A stretch of DNA of 64,000 nt, from assembly GCA_005798905.1 (NCBI GenBank), contig SYIK01000001.1, positions 140,443 through 204,442 on the forward strand, given 5' to 3'. The notes under the pieces were generated by a model. That model made no database searches. It was given only the letters and a program-made list of their open reading frames with translations, and was not told where the DNA came from. Positions 49,947 to 58,859 of this stretch are shown here, one piece after another. The stretch's first letter is position 1; each line of letters begins with the position of its first letter. This DNA comes from Bacteroidota bacterium. GTDB lineage: Bacteria; Bacteroidota; Bacteroidia; Chitinophagales; Chitinophagaceae. A program made the position numbers and the translations under genes.

Positions 49947-51053
49947 ATGAAATATTATTTAATTGCTGGCGAAGCCAGTGGCGATTTACACGGAAGCAAC
50001 TTAATTAAAGAGTTGAAAAAATTAGATACTACTTCAATTTTTAGATGCTGGGGTGGAGACGAAATGCAAAAAGCTGGCGCCGATTTAATTATTCATTATC
50101 GACATTTAGCGTTTATGGGGTTTGTGGAAGTGATTCGAAATTTATCGCAAATAATTTACAACCTTAAATTCTGCAAAGAAGATATTCTTCATTACAAACC
50201 CGATGTATTGGTGTTAATTGATTACCCGGGTTTTAATTTAAGAATTGCAAAATGGGCCAAGCAAAATGGTTTTAAAGTCATCTATTATATTTCGCCGCAA
50301 GTTTGGGCTTGGAAAGAAAATCGCGTAAAAGGAATGAAGACTTTTATTGATAAACTCTTTACAATTTTACCATTCGAAAAAGAATATTTTTTTAAGAAAT
50401 GGAATTGGAATGTAGATTATGTTGGCCATCCTTTGGTGGAAGTTGTCGAAAATTATAAATCAAATCATAGCATTGAACCACTTGCCGACAAACCAATTGT
50501 TGCACTTTTACCCGGAAGTAGAAAACAAGAAATTATAAAAAAACTACCACTAATGTTGGAAGTGAGTAAATCGTTTCCTAATTATCAATTCATAGTTGCT
50601 AAAGCTCCGGGATTGTACGATAATTTTTACGACAACCTATTAAAAGGTTACGACAACATAAAAACAATAAGCAATCAAACTTATAATTTATTGTTGCAAG
50701 CAAAAGCAGCACTGGTAACTTCGGGTACTGCAACGCTGGAAACTGCGTTGCTTAACGTTCCGCAAGTAGTTTGTTACAAAGCATCGCACATAACTTATTT
50801 TATAGCAAAGAAAATTGTAACGGTAAAATATATTTCACTTGTAAACTTAATTTTAGACAAATTAGTTGTGAAAGAATTAATACAACAAGAATTTACAGTT
50901 GAAAATCTGAAAACAGAATTGTCGAATCTTTTATCAAATAAACAAGTAGTTGAAACAATTAAAAATGATTACTCAGAATTGAAACAACTGCTTTCAGAAG
51001 GAGGTAAAGCTTCTGAAAAAACTGCCACAGCTATTTATCAATTTTTACATTGA
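49947..51053 (+). CDS. lpxB: Lipid-A-disaccharide synthase
   Basis: 368 aa. Starts MKYYLIAGEASGDLHG, then IDYPGFNL, YYISPQVWAW, LPGSR..EI and SGTATLE.AL. Confidence 0.9.
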   Translation: MKYYLIAGEASGDLHGSNLIKELKKLDTTSIFRCWGGDEMQKAGADLIIHYRHLAFMGFVEVIRNLSQIIYNLKFCKEDILHYKPDVLVLIDYPGFNLRIAKWAKQNGFKVIYYISPQVWAWKENRVKGMKTFIDKLFTILPFEKEYFFKKWNWNVDYVGHPLVEVVENYKSNHSIEPLADKPIVALLPGSRKQEIIKKLPLMLEVSKSFPNYQFIVAKAPGLYDNFYDNLLKGYDNIKTISNQTYNLLLQAKAALVTSGTATLETALLNVPQVVCYKASHITYFIAKKIVTVKYISLVNLILDKLVVKELIQQEFTVENLKTELSNLLSNKQVVETIKNDYSELKQLLSEGGKASEKTATAIYQFLH

Positions 51054-51509
51054 TTTTTTCTTAAAATTTTTCTCATACATTTCAATCCATTTTTGCACCG
51101 TAATTTTCGAAGCAAGTTCTCCCATTAATTTAATTGGAATTTTTTCTAAATTTTTGAACCGAATACAACTTTTTCCCATATCCAATTTACCCACATTGCA
51201 TTTTGCAAACGCATCCGTAAACCATTTCAATAATTTTGGATCGGCGTAAATAGCCATACTGTAAACTGCAATAAAATTTTTTTGCGATGCAATTCCCATA
51301 AAAGGCAATGGTTGTTTTGGGTTGCATTTGTAACCATTCGGATAAATAGAATGCGGAACACAAAAGCCAATCATTCCATAACTCACATTTTCTTCAAATC
51401 CTTTTGGTAGATTTTTTTTGATGCTATTCCAAAGTTCAGAAAAACATTTTTTTCTTTCTTGGGGCAATTCTGCCATATATGCTGCTACTGTTGTTGCTTT
51501 TGATTGCAT
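51045..51509 (-). CDS. DUF1801 (YdhG-like) domain protein
   Basis: 154 aa. The N-terminal V..Y...LP......F..L pattern and overall size fit DUF1801. Its 3' end overlaps the lpxB 3' end by 9 nt. Confidence 0.6.
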   Translation of the reverse strand: MQSKATTVAAYMAELPQERKKCFSELWNSIKKNLPKGFEENVSYGMIGFCVPHSIYPNGYKCNPKQPLPFMGIASQKNFIAVYSMAIYADPKLLKWFTDAFAKCNVGKLDMGKSCIRFKNLEKIPIKLMGELASKITVQKWIEMYEKNFKKKSM

Positions 51510-51535
51510 GTCTATTTTTTTATTGAAAGAAACTT

Positions 51536-52045
51536 TTATGCATTCAACACTTGTTGAATTTTTTCGTTTTTGTTTCGCAAATCAATGCCGCCCTCTAAAA
51601 TACTTTTCAAATTTGTCATATAAAATAACCAACCCGTCATACAACCAATATGATAATGAGTCATTCCTTTTTCATTTACAGGAATATTTTCTTGCAACAG
51701 TTCGCAGATTGTTTCGTTTTCTTCGGTAAAAATTTTAACAGAACAAATCATTCCCTCGGCTCCTTCTTGCCCAAATGTAAATTTTAAAAAATCTTTTCCG
51801 TTTGCTTCCAACACTTCGCCTTTTTCGGTTGTACTGTCGGGCCATCCGTGCCAACGCCAACAAAAATTATCGCCAACAACAATGTCTTCTTTCGCATTTC
51901 TACAAATATTTTCTTTACTCATATAATCTGCATTCCGCAAAAACCATTCTTCCAATCCGGCAGGTGTTGCCCACATTTTATAAACTTGCGCAATCGATGC
52001 TTTTATATTTATTCTTTTTTTAAATAAGGTCCAATCGTAATTCAT
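51536..52045 (-). CDS. SRPBCC / AHSA1-like (START-fold) protein
   Basis: 169 aa. The size and the pattern I.A....V...W..P..L..WF are typical of the activator-of-Hsp90-ATPase-homolog-like family. Confidence 0.6.
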   Translation of the reverse strand: MNYDWTLFKKRINIKASIAQVYKMWATPAGLEEWFLRNADYMSKENICRNAKEDIVVGDNFCWRWHGWPDSTTEKGEVLEANGKDFLKFTFGQEGAEGMICSVKIFTEENETICELLQENIPVNEKGMTHYHIGCMTGWLFYMTNLKSILEGGIDLRNKNEKIQQVLNA

Positions 52046-52054
52046 AAAAAAAAA

Positions 52055-52435
52055 TTATTGCGGAATTGCATGAAGCGCAATGCGGTTTCCTTCGGAATCT
52101 TTAAAAACAGCCATGTGACCGTGTTCGGGACTTATCATTGTTTTTGGAACAAGAATTTCGCAACCAGCACTTACAATCCGGTCTAGAATGATTTGTACAT
52201 CTGGATTTGCATTTAAATAAACCAACGGACCATCAGTTGAAGATGGATTGTAAAATCCATCAGCTTTACACAAAGCAGCACCAATTCCCATTTTGTCTTC
52301 TATGGGAAACATGCGCATTTCCACATTGGGAAGATTTAATGGAATCAATTGCAAATGAAAAATAGTTTCATAAAATTTCTGTGCTCGTTCCATATCTTTC
52401 GCAGGAATTTCTACCCAACTGATTACATTTTTCAT
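52055..52435 (-). CDS. VOC-family (glyoxalase/bleomycin-resistance fold) protein
   Basis: 126 aa. Contains W.EIP..D..RA..FY and F.D.EGN....H. Confidence 0.75.
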   Translation of the reverse strand: MKNVISWVEIPAKDMERAQKFYETIFHLQLIPLNLPNVEMRMFPIEDKMGIGAALCKADGFYNPSSTDGPLVYLNANPDVQIILDRIVSAGCEILVPKTMISPEHGHMAVFKDSEGNRIALHAIPQ

Positions 52436-52526
52436 AACTATTTTTTAATGTGTTTTAAAAATAAATGAATGCTTAAAGTTCGGACAAATAATTCTTCTTT
52501 CAACTAAATTGTTCAACAGAACCTAA

Positions 52527-52557
52527 TTTGACAAAAGAGGTTATTCGCCTACATTTG
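52527..52557 (+). promoter_or_regulatory. Sigma-A type promoter (-33 TTTG / -7 TACATTTG) for tRNA-Ala
   Basis: TTTG at 52527-52530, a 19-nt spacer, then TACATTTG at 52550-52557, 9 nt before the mature tRNA 5' end. Confidence 0.5.
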
Positions 52558-52566
52558 CAACCCGAT

Positions 52567-52640
52567 GGGGGTTTAGCTCAGTTGGCTAGAGCGTTTGCAT
52601 GGCATGCAAAAGGTCACCGGTTCGACTCCGGTAACCTCCA
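52567..52640 (+). tRNA. tRNA-Ala (anticodon GGC)
   Basis: Folded by hand. Acceptor stem gggggtt/aacctcc with the G3:U70 alanine identity pair. D arm gctc/gagc. Anticodon stem tttgc/gcaaa with loop aUGGCAu. T arm accgg-ttcgact-ccggt. Discriminator A. No CCA is encoded. Confidence 0.9.
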
Positions 52641-52648
52641 CTTTTGTA

Positions 52649-52771
52649 TTGGCTTTCAAAAATTATCAATGCTGAATTTGAATGCAAATCACAACAAACA
52701 ATTAAATGAAATTGAAAATAGATTGTTGTTATCAAAGATAGAAAGAACATAATTTGAAAGCAAATCACAAC
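52649..52771 (-). repeat. Two-copy direct repeat with 76-nt spacing; CRISPR-like remnant (one putative 47-nt unit, a 29-nt spacer and a degenerate terminal unit)
   Basis: Positions 52675-52695 and 52751-52771 match at 20 of 21 nt. The minus strand reads GTTGTGATTTGC(A/T)TTCAAATT. The upstream copy extends to a 47-nt unit with complementary ends: GTTGTGATTTGCTTTCAAATTATGTTCTTTCTATCTTTGATAACAAC (52771 to 52725). No cas genes are present in the window. Confidence 0.35.
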
Positions 52772-52841
52772 TTTCAGATTTTTTTAACAAAGTGGCTAGT
52801 AGCGTCTTACTACTTTTGAGAAATTTTAAACCAAAAAATAT

Positions 52842-53486
52842 ATGAAGAATTTTATTATTGCAATCAGTTTTTTATTTATCGCAAAAATGGGATTATCACA
52901 AGAATGGCCAAAACAAATTTTTTCAAGCTCACAATTAAATACAGAAATAGCCAAGCACAAACTAGTTGCTATTTTACCGTATGAAGTAAGAATTAGCTAT
53001 AAAAGACAACCTAAAAATTTTAGTGCAGAAGCAAATAGAGATCAGGAAAAAACGATGTCAAAATCCATACAATCAAGTATGTACACTTTTTTATTACGCA
53101 AGGGAGATAAATATAGTGTTGCCTTTCAGGACGTAGATAAAACAAATATTTTATTAAAAAAAGCGGGTATGTTTGATAGCCTTAGTCTATTTACTAAAGA
53201 TGAAATTGCAAAAACACTGGGGGTTGATGCCATTATTGGAGGAATATTTGAGATGGAACAAACAAAATCTGTCGGCGCTGCCATTGCTACTGCTGTACTT
53301 TTTGACGCACCTGGAGTAAAAACGGGAACCGGTAGTTTAGTAATGACTATTAACAATGGAGTTAATGGAGATTTGTTATGGCGTTTCTTTAAAACAATGA
53401 ATGAAAGCATGATGTCATCAACAGATGATTTAGTAGAACGTATGATGCGCAAAGTTTCCAGAAACTTCCCTTACTTAATTAAATAA
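52842..53486 (+). CDS. Secreted/lipid-anchored hypothetical protein
   Basis: 214 aa with a signal peptide (MKNFIIAISFLFIAKMGLSQ). No recognised motifs. Confidence 0.5.
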   Translation: MKNFIIAISFLFIAKMGLSQEWPKQIFSSSQLNTEIAKHKLVAILPYEVRISYKRQPKNFSAEANRDQEKTMSKSIQSSMYTFLLRKGDKYSVAFQDVDKTNILLKKAGMFDSLSLFTKDEIAKTLGVDAIIGGIFEMEQTKSVGAAIATAVLFDAPGVKTGTGSLVMTINNGVNGDLLWRFFKTMNESMMSSTDDLVERMMRKVSRNFPYLIK

Positions 53487-53514
53487 TTAAAATCATTGAT
53501 TAAATTAAAGTACA

Positions 53515-53883
53515 ATGAAACCTTTTTTCATTTTCATACTATTCAGTTTGTTTACAACAACTTCTTTTAGCCAAAATAAAGATTCGAAAATCAGCATCCC
53601 CAATTCAACAAAAAAAATACAACTTGTCGAAACATCTTGCGGCAGTTGCCAACTTGGATTGGAGGGTAGTGATTGTTTATTGGCTGTTCGTATTTCCGGT
53701 AAATCTTTTTATGTAGATGGTACTAAAATAGACGACCACGGCGATGCGCATGCAAAAGACGGATTTTGCAACGCCATTAGAAAAGCAGAAGTACAAGGAG
53801 AAATTGTCGAAAATCGTTTTAAAGCTACTTACTTTAAATTGATAGCAAATAAGCTTGAAAATAAAGAAGCGAAAAAGAATTAG
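53515..53883 (+). CDS. Small secreted Cys/His-containing hypothetical protein
   Basis: 122 aa with a signal peptide. Contains CGSCQLG...CLLAV...DDHGDAHAKDGFC, suggestive of a metal- or redox-binding site. The family is not confidently recognised. Confidence 0.5.
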   Translation: MKPFFIFILFSLFTTTSFSQNKDSKISIPNSTKKIQLVETSCGSCQLGLEGSDCLLAVRISGKSFYVDGTKIDDHGDAHAKDGFCNAIRKAEVQGEIVENRFKATYFKLIANKLENKEAKKN

Positions 53884-53910
53884 TTGAAATAAAAATTGTT
53901 TCTATTTTTT

Positions 53911-55236
53911 TTATTCGCCCCAAACTTCATCCTTCCCTTGCAGCCAATTATTTACTTGATTGGTTGTTACCGATTTTGGTCGTTCTATTGGAAAGTTCAA
54001 AGCCCGTGCCCAGCAAAGACTTGCCAATACACCCAATGCACGGCTAACAGCAAATAGTACAGTGTAATATTCATATTCCACCATTCCGTAATGCACCAAT
54101 AATGCGCCGCTATGTGCATCTACATTTGGCCAAGGATTTTTTACTTTCCCCATCGATTGTAATATTGGCGGTACTGTTTCATAAATATTCCAAACTGTTT
54201 TTACCAATGCGTCATCCGGCATGTGTTTTTTTCCAAATTCCATTTGTGCTGAAAAACGCGGATCTGTTTTTCTCAATACAGCATGGCCATAACCCGGCAC
54301 TACTTTTCCTTCGCTCAAAGTTTGTTTTACATATTCTGCAATCTGCTCTTTGGTTGGAAGATCCGTTCCTAATTTTTTTTGCATTTCAAAAATCCACTTT
54401 ATTACTTCCTGATTTGCTAAACCATGTAGCGGGCCTGCAAGACCATTCATTCCTGCAGCATAACTCAAATAAGGATCACTTAATGCCGAACCAACTAAAT
54501 GCGTGGTATGTGCAGAAACATTTCCTCCTTCGTGGTCAGCATGAATAGTCATGTACAAGCGCATCAATTCTTTAAATCCTTCATCTTCGTAACCCAGCAT
54601 GTGCGCAAAATTTCCTGCCCAATCCAATAATCCGTTCGGTTGAATGTGTTCGTTTTTTTTGTATTTCCGCCTATACACATACGCTGCAATTCGCGGCAAA
54701 CGAGCAATTAAATCCATCGCATCATCGTAAGTAGCACTCCAATAATCTTTTTTATTCATCCCTTTTGCATATTCTTTTGCAAATTGTCCTTCTGTTTGCA
54801 AAGCCATTACAGCCGCTACAAACATTGTCATTGGATGTGCATTTAATGGGAAGGCATCAATAACTGCAAATACATGACTTGGAACGTGACTGCGTCTTTG
54901 CCAAACATTGGTTATATGTTGTACATCTTCATCATTTGGTAATTCGCTAAGCAACATCAAATAAAATAACCCCTCTGGCAATGGTTCGAATCCTTCGGGT
55001 GTTTTTGGAAGTTTTTCTTTTAATTCGGAAATTGAATAGCCGCGAAAACGAATTCCTTCGTGTGCATCGAGAAGCGAAGTTTCCGAAACAAGTCCTGTAA
55101 TTCCGCGCATTCCTTGATAAACTTGAGAGAGTGTTACTTCTCCTATTACTTTGCTGCCATTGGTTTTTAGCAATTCTTTTATTTCAATTGCTGCTTGGTC
55201 TGCCGCTACTTTAAACCTTTCTTTTATAACGCCCAT
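53911..55236 (-). CDS. gltA: Citrate synthase
   Basis: 441 aa. Contains GMRG, HADHEGGNVSAH, VPGYGHAVLR..DPR and the catalytic His/Asp context. Confidence 0.93.
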   Translation of the reverse strand: MGVIKERFKVAADQAAIEIKELLKTNGSKVIGEVTLSQVYQGMRGITGLVSETSLLDAHEGIRFRGYSISELKEKLPKTPEGFEPLPEGLFYLMLLSELPNDEDVQHITNVWQRRSHVPSHVFAVIDAFPLNAHPMTMFVAAVMALQTEGQFAKEYAKGMNKKDYWSATYDDAMDLIARLPRIAAYVYRRKYKKNEHIQPNGLLDWAGNFAHMLGYEDEGFKELMRLYMTIHADHEGGNVSAHTTHLVGSALSDPYLSYAAGMNGLAGPLHGLANQEVIKWIFEMQKKLGTDLPTKEQIAEYVKQTLSEGKVVPGYGHAVLRKTDPRFSAQMEFGKKHMPDDALVKTVWNIYETVPPILQSMGKVKNPWPNVDAHSGALLVHYGMVEYEYYTVLFAVSRALGVLASLCWARALNFPIERPKSVTTNQVNNWLQGKDEVWGE

Positions 55237-55266
55237 ATTTGTTTTTATCTTAATTTGAAACTACCT

Positions 55267-55274
55267 CAAAGGTA
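55267..55274 (-). promoter_or_regulatory. -7 promoter box TACCTTTG for gltA
   Basis: The minus strand reads TACCTTTG (plus strand caaaggta), about 30 nt upstream of the ATG at 55236. Confidence 0.4.
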
Positions 55275-55316
55275 ATTATTTGCAGGGTAAAAATTTGCTG
55301 AAAATTCTATTTGAAT

Positions 55317-56402
55317 TTATTTCGCTGCCTTTTTATAAAGTCGAAATCCCACTATCGAAAAAATAATATTCGGCATCCATGCAGCAAGCAATGGAGGAAG
55401 ATTTCCTTTAACTGAAAAGGTAGAAGAAAACCGATCTGTCATGATAAACAATGTGGCAATAATAAAACCCAATGCAATATGTAAGCCACTTCCACCACGC
55501 GTTTTTTTGCTTGCAATTACGGCACCAATTAATGTTAATAATATTACAGAAACTGCAGCTGCCGTTCTTCTATAGTGCTCTATTTTCAAAGTATTCAATC
55601 CTTCAGAACCTCGCAATTCTTCCAATTCTATAAACGATTCTAATTGATCAACAGTTAGTTTGTCTTTTAAATATTTATCTTTTCTAAGATCGGAAGGTTT
55701 AATATTTAAGTCAATATTCATTTCATTTTTCAACGAAACTTCTTCTCCTCTTTCTGTTAATTTACGTTCCAATGCATTTGTTAATAGCCAGTTTCTTTTT
55801 GCTGTATCCCATTTCATACTTTCAGATCGAAGATTATAAATTACTTTATTTTCTTTTGTCCGATGAAGGAAAAATCCATTCGCTTTTTTATTTACAGAAT
55901 CGTAAAATCGAATCCCAATATAAGAGTTTGAATCGGATCGCCGATAATATGTATCAGAAGCATCACTTCCGAATTTATCAAAACCATCTAAATATTTTAC
56001 TTGAAAGTTACCCCGTATTTCATTTCCTTTTGGAATAAACTCACGATTGGCAATTAATAATAATGATGCAAGCAAAATTCCACCCAATAAATAAGGACGA
56101 AGAAATCGGTTGTAACTGCATCCACCGGCAAGTATGGCTACAATTTCCGAACGTGCTGCCATACGGCTTGTAAAATAAATAACTGCGATGAAAACAAACA
56201 ATGGAAATAACAATCCCCAGATGTACGGAATAAATCCAATGTAATAATTCTGAAAAATTTGTTTGAAACTAAGTCCCGATTTTACAAAATCTTCCGTGTG
56301 TTCACTACTATCCACTGCAACTGCAATGAAAGTGAACATGATCATGCTAAAAAAGAAAGTAACGAATAATTTCTTTAATATGTATACGTCAATTTTCAAC
56401 AT
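55317..56402 (-). CDS. LptF/LptG-family LPS export permease
   Basis: The MLKIDVYILKK start is typical of the YjgP/YjgQ family. Six hydrophobic segments with a central periplasmic beta-jellyroll-like region. The track starts at TTG 56420; the ATG is at 56402. Confidence 0.8.
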   Translation of the reverse strand: MLKIDVYILKKLFVTFFFSMIMFTFIAVAVDSSEHTEDFVKSGLSFKQIFQNYYIGFIPYIWGLLFPLFVFIAVIYFTSRMAARSEIVAILAGGCSYNRFLRPYLLGGILLASLLLIANREFIPKGNEIRGNFQVKYLDGFDKFGSDASDTYYRRSDSNSYIGIRFYDSVNKKANGFFLHRTKENKVIYNLRSESMKWDTAKRNWLLTNALERKLTERGEEVSLKNEMNIDLNIKPSDLRKDKYLKDKLTVDQLESFIELEELRGSEGLNTLKIEHYRRTAAAVSVILLTLIGAVIASKKTRGGSGLHIALGFIIATLFIMTDRFSSTFSVKGNLPPLLAAWMPNIIFSIVGFRLYKKAAK

Positions 56403-56463
56403 TAGATGCGAAGTAAACAAATAATCTACAACAATATTGTGAAGAATTTCAAAAAATAAATTG

Positions 56464-57603
56464 TTACAATCGATGTTTTAGCCGAACAACCATTTCATTT
56501 TTCCAAGCAGCAAATTCTCCTGTTATGATTTTGGTTCTTGCTTCCGCTACCAACCAATTATAAAATGCCAAATTATGAACGCTTCCAATAGTAAGTCCCA
56601 AAATCTCTTTCGCTTTCATTAAATGCCGTAAATAAGCTTTACTGTAATTATTACTGGTAGCGCAATCGAGCCCATCGTCAATCGGAGAAAAATCATTTTC
56701 CCATTTTTTATTATCAATATTGATTATCCCTTTTGTTGTAAACAACATGGCATTGCGTCCGTTTCTTGTGGGCATTACGCAATCAAACATATCAATTCCC
56801 ATCCCAATACATTCCAAAATATTCCATGGTGTTCCAACTCCCATCAAATAACGCGGTTTGTTTTGCGGTAAAAGTTCACAACAGAAATTACAAATATCAT
56901 ACATCACATTTTCGGGTTCACCCACACTTAATCCTCCAATTGCATTTCCTGCAGCTTCTTTTGAACTTATAAAATTGCAAGATTCTTTTCTTAAATCTTT
57001 ATGAACTCCACCTTGAACAATAGGAAAAAGATTTTGCGAATGATCATATTTATTTTGGGTTGATTCAAATCTATTAATACATCTGTCGAGCCAACGATGT
57101 GTCAACTCCATACTTTTTTTTGCATATGAATGATCGCTTCCACCGGGTGGACATTCGTCAAAAGCCATCATAATATCAGCACCAATACTTCGTTGAATAT
57201 CCATTACCGATTCCGGTGAAAAAATATGTTTACTACCGTCGATATGGCTTTGAAATGTAACACCTTCCTCTTTTATCTTTCGCGTTCCTGCTAATGAAAA
57301 TACTTGATAGCCTCCACTATCCGTTAAAAGTGGTTTTTCCCAATTATTAAAATGATGCAATCCACCCGCTTGTTCAATTACATTTACTCCTGGCCGTAAA
57401 TAAAGATGGTAGGTATTTCCTAATATTATTTGTGCTTTTACTTCTTCGGTTAATTGTTGATTTGTTACCGCTTTTACCGAGCCTGCTGTGCCAACCGGCA
57501 TAAAAACCGGAGTTAGAATTTTTCCATGATCCGTACTAATTTCTCCTGCCCTTGCTTTGGAATGTGTATCAGTATTTTGTAATTGAAATTTTAAAGTTGG
57601 CAT
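56464..57603 (-). CDS. tgt: tRNA-guanosine(34) transglycosylase
   Basis: Contains ARAG...T.HG...TP.FMPVGT, LGNTYHL, TDSGG(Y/F)Q, and Zn-site residues in the C-terminal region. The ATG is at 57603; the track's TTG at 57609 lies inside the -7 box. Confidence 0.93.
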   Translation of the reverse strand: MPTLKFQLQNTDTHSKARAGEISTDHGKILTPVFMPVGTAGSVKAVTNQQLTEEVKAQIILGNTYHLYLRPGVNVIEQAGGLHHFNNWEKPLLTDSGGYQVFSLAGTRKIKEEGVTFQSHIDGSKHIFSPESVMDIQRSIGADIMMAFDECPPGGSDHSYAKKSMELTHRWLDRCINRFESTQNKYDHSQNLFPIVQGGVHKDLRKESCNFISSKEAAGNAIGGLSVGEPENVMYDICNFCCELLPQNKPRYLMGVGTPWNILECIGMGIDMFDCVMPTRNGRNAMLFTTKGIINIDNKKWENDFSPIDDGLDCATSNNYSKAYLRHLMKAKEILGLTIGSVHNLAFYNWLVAEARTKIITGEFAAWKNEMVVRLKHRL

Positions 57604-57606
57604 ACG

Positions 57607-57614
57607 CAAATGTA
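57607..57614 (-). promoter_or_regulatory. -7 promoter box TACATTTG for tgt
   Basis: The minus strand reads TACATTTG-cgt-ATG, so the box ends 3 nt before the start codon. Confidence 0.4.
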
Positions 57615-57704
57615 AGGGAGTAGTTCAACCAAAACAGAAATACAGTTTTTTCATATTTATTTTCAAATACTACATCTATCTTATTTTCGCGGACTAATTT
57701 AACT

Positions 57705-58844
57705 ATGAATCTTACTTTTTTTGAAGCGTTTGATTGGACACAATTTTGTTTTTTAACTTTTGCTTTTGTAACAATTGGGCAACTGTTTTATTATGGTTGG
57801 TTTTTCAGCCGTGTTGCATTTTATCGTCCAAAAAAGAAAACAAAATCACAACAACATCCAGTTTCTGTAATCGTTTGTGCCCGTGATGAAGATAAAAATA
57901 TCGCCCGTCACTTACCTGGATTATTAGTTCAAAAATATCCTTCTACATACGAAGTAATTGTGGTAAACGATAATTCGTTGGATGATTCTAAATATATTTT
58001 ACAAGAACTGAAAAAAACATTTAAAGATCGATTAGAAATTGTAGAACTTACACAAGAAGCAAAATTAATAAGTGGTAAAAAATATCCTTTGAGCATTGGA
58101 ATAAAAGAAGCACACAATGAAGTGTTGTTGCTTACGGATGCAGACTGTGTTCCATCGAGTGAAAATTGGGTTCAAAAAATGCAAGAAGCTTATGCGCCAG
58201 GAATTGAAATTGTACTTGGTTACGGTAGTTATCATAAAGTTCCCGGATTGTTGAACAAACTTATTCGTTTCGAAACTTTTCATACTGCACTTCAATATCT
58301 TTCGTACGCACTTGCCGGACTACCTTATATGGGAGTGGGCAGAAATCTTTCTTACAAACGAGAATTGTTTTTTCAAAACAAAGGGTTTAGTTCAATGAAT
58401 CATATTCCCGGCGGAGATGATGATTTATTTATTAATAAAGTTGCAACAAAAAAAAATACAGCAGTCGTAATTGATAAGGATGCTACCACACTTTCTATTC
58501 CTAAAAAAACATGGCAGCAATGGTTTCGTCAGAAGAAAAGACATTATTCTACTGCGCAATTTTATAAACCAAAACATAAATTTTTATTGGCATTTTATGC
58601 CACTTCGCAATTTCTTTTTTACCCATTGTTTTTATTGGCTACCATTTTTTACAGTTGGCAATTGGCACTAATTTTCTTTTCCATTCGCTTTCTTGTTCAG
58701 TTTATCATTTTTTATTTTTCTCTTCAAAAATTAAATGAAAAAGATTTATGGCCTTTCTTTTTCGTTTACGATTTGTGGTTATTTATTTATTACATCATTT
58801 TTGCTCCCTCCTTGTGGAATAAACCACGTCCCACATGGAATTAA
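57705..58844 (+). CDS. Membrane-bound family 2 glycosyltransferase
   Basis: 379 aa. An N-terminal TM segment is followed by VSVIVCARDE, VNDNS.D and TDADC (DXD). The C-terminal region contains further TM helices and QW.RQ..R. Confidence 0.8.
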   Translation: MNLTFFEAFDWTQFCFLTFAFVTIGQLFYYGWFFSRVAFYRPKKKTKSQQHPVSVIVCARDEDKNIARHLPGLLVQKYPSTYEVIVVNDNSLDDSKYILQELKKTFKDRLEIVELTQEAKLISGKKYPLSIGIKEAHNEVLLLTDADCVPSSENWVQKMQEAYAPGIEIVLGYGSYHKVPGLLNKLIRFETFHTALQYLSYALAGLPYMGVGRNLSYKRELFFQNKGFSSMNHIPGGDDDLFINKVATKKNTAVVIDKDATTLSIPKKTWQQWFRQKKRHYSTAQFYKPKHKFLLAFYATSQFLFYPLFLLATIFYSWQLALIFFSIRFLVQFIIFYFSLQKLNEKDLWPFFFVYDLWLFIYYIIFAPSLWNKPRPTWN

Positions 58845-58859
58845 CCTACAAACTTTGAA

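Noticed and set aside
51045-51053. Convergent 3'-end overlaps and near-abutments without terminators: lpxB/DUF1801 overlap by 9 nt, mqnD/scoB by 23 nt (30240-30262), and the SDR gene and sprA are separated by 8 nt (16066-16073)
   Set aside because: This is common in compact bacterial genomes. There is no evidence of special regulation, so it is noted only as a description.
52528-52768. ORFs 52528-52752 (plus) and 52586-52768 (minus)
   Set aside because: Both run through the tRNA-Ala gene and the repeat-containing spacer, so they are not protein-coding.
52436-52841. Possibility of an integrated mobile element or genomic island at tRNA-Ala
   Set aside because: No integrase, transposase or duplication of the tRNA 3' end is present on either side. 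The only repeat is the 21-nt CRISPR-like pair, reported separately.
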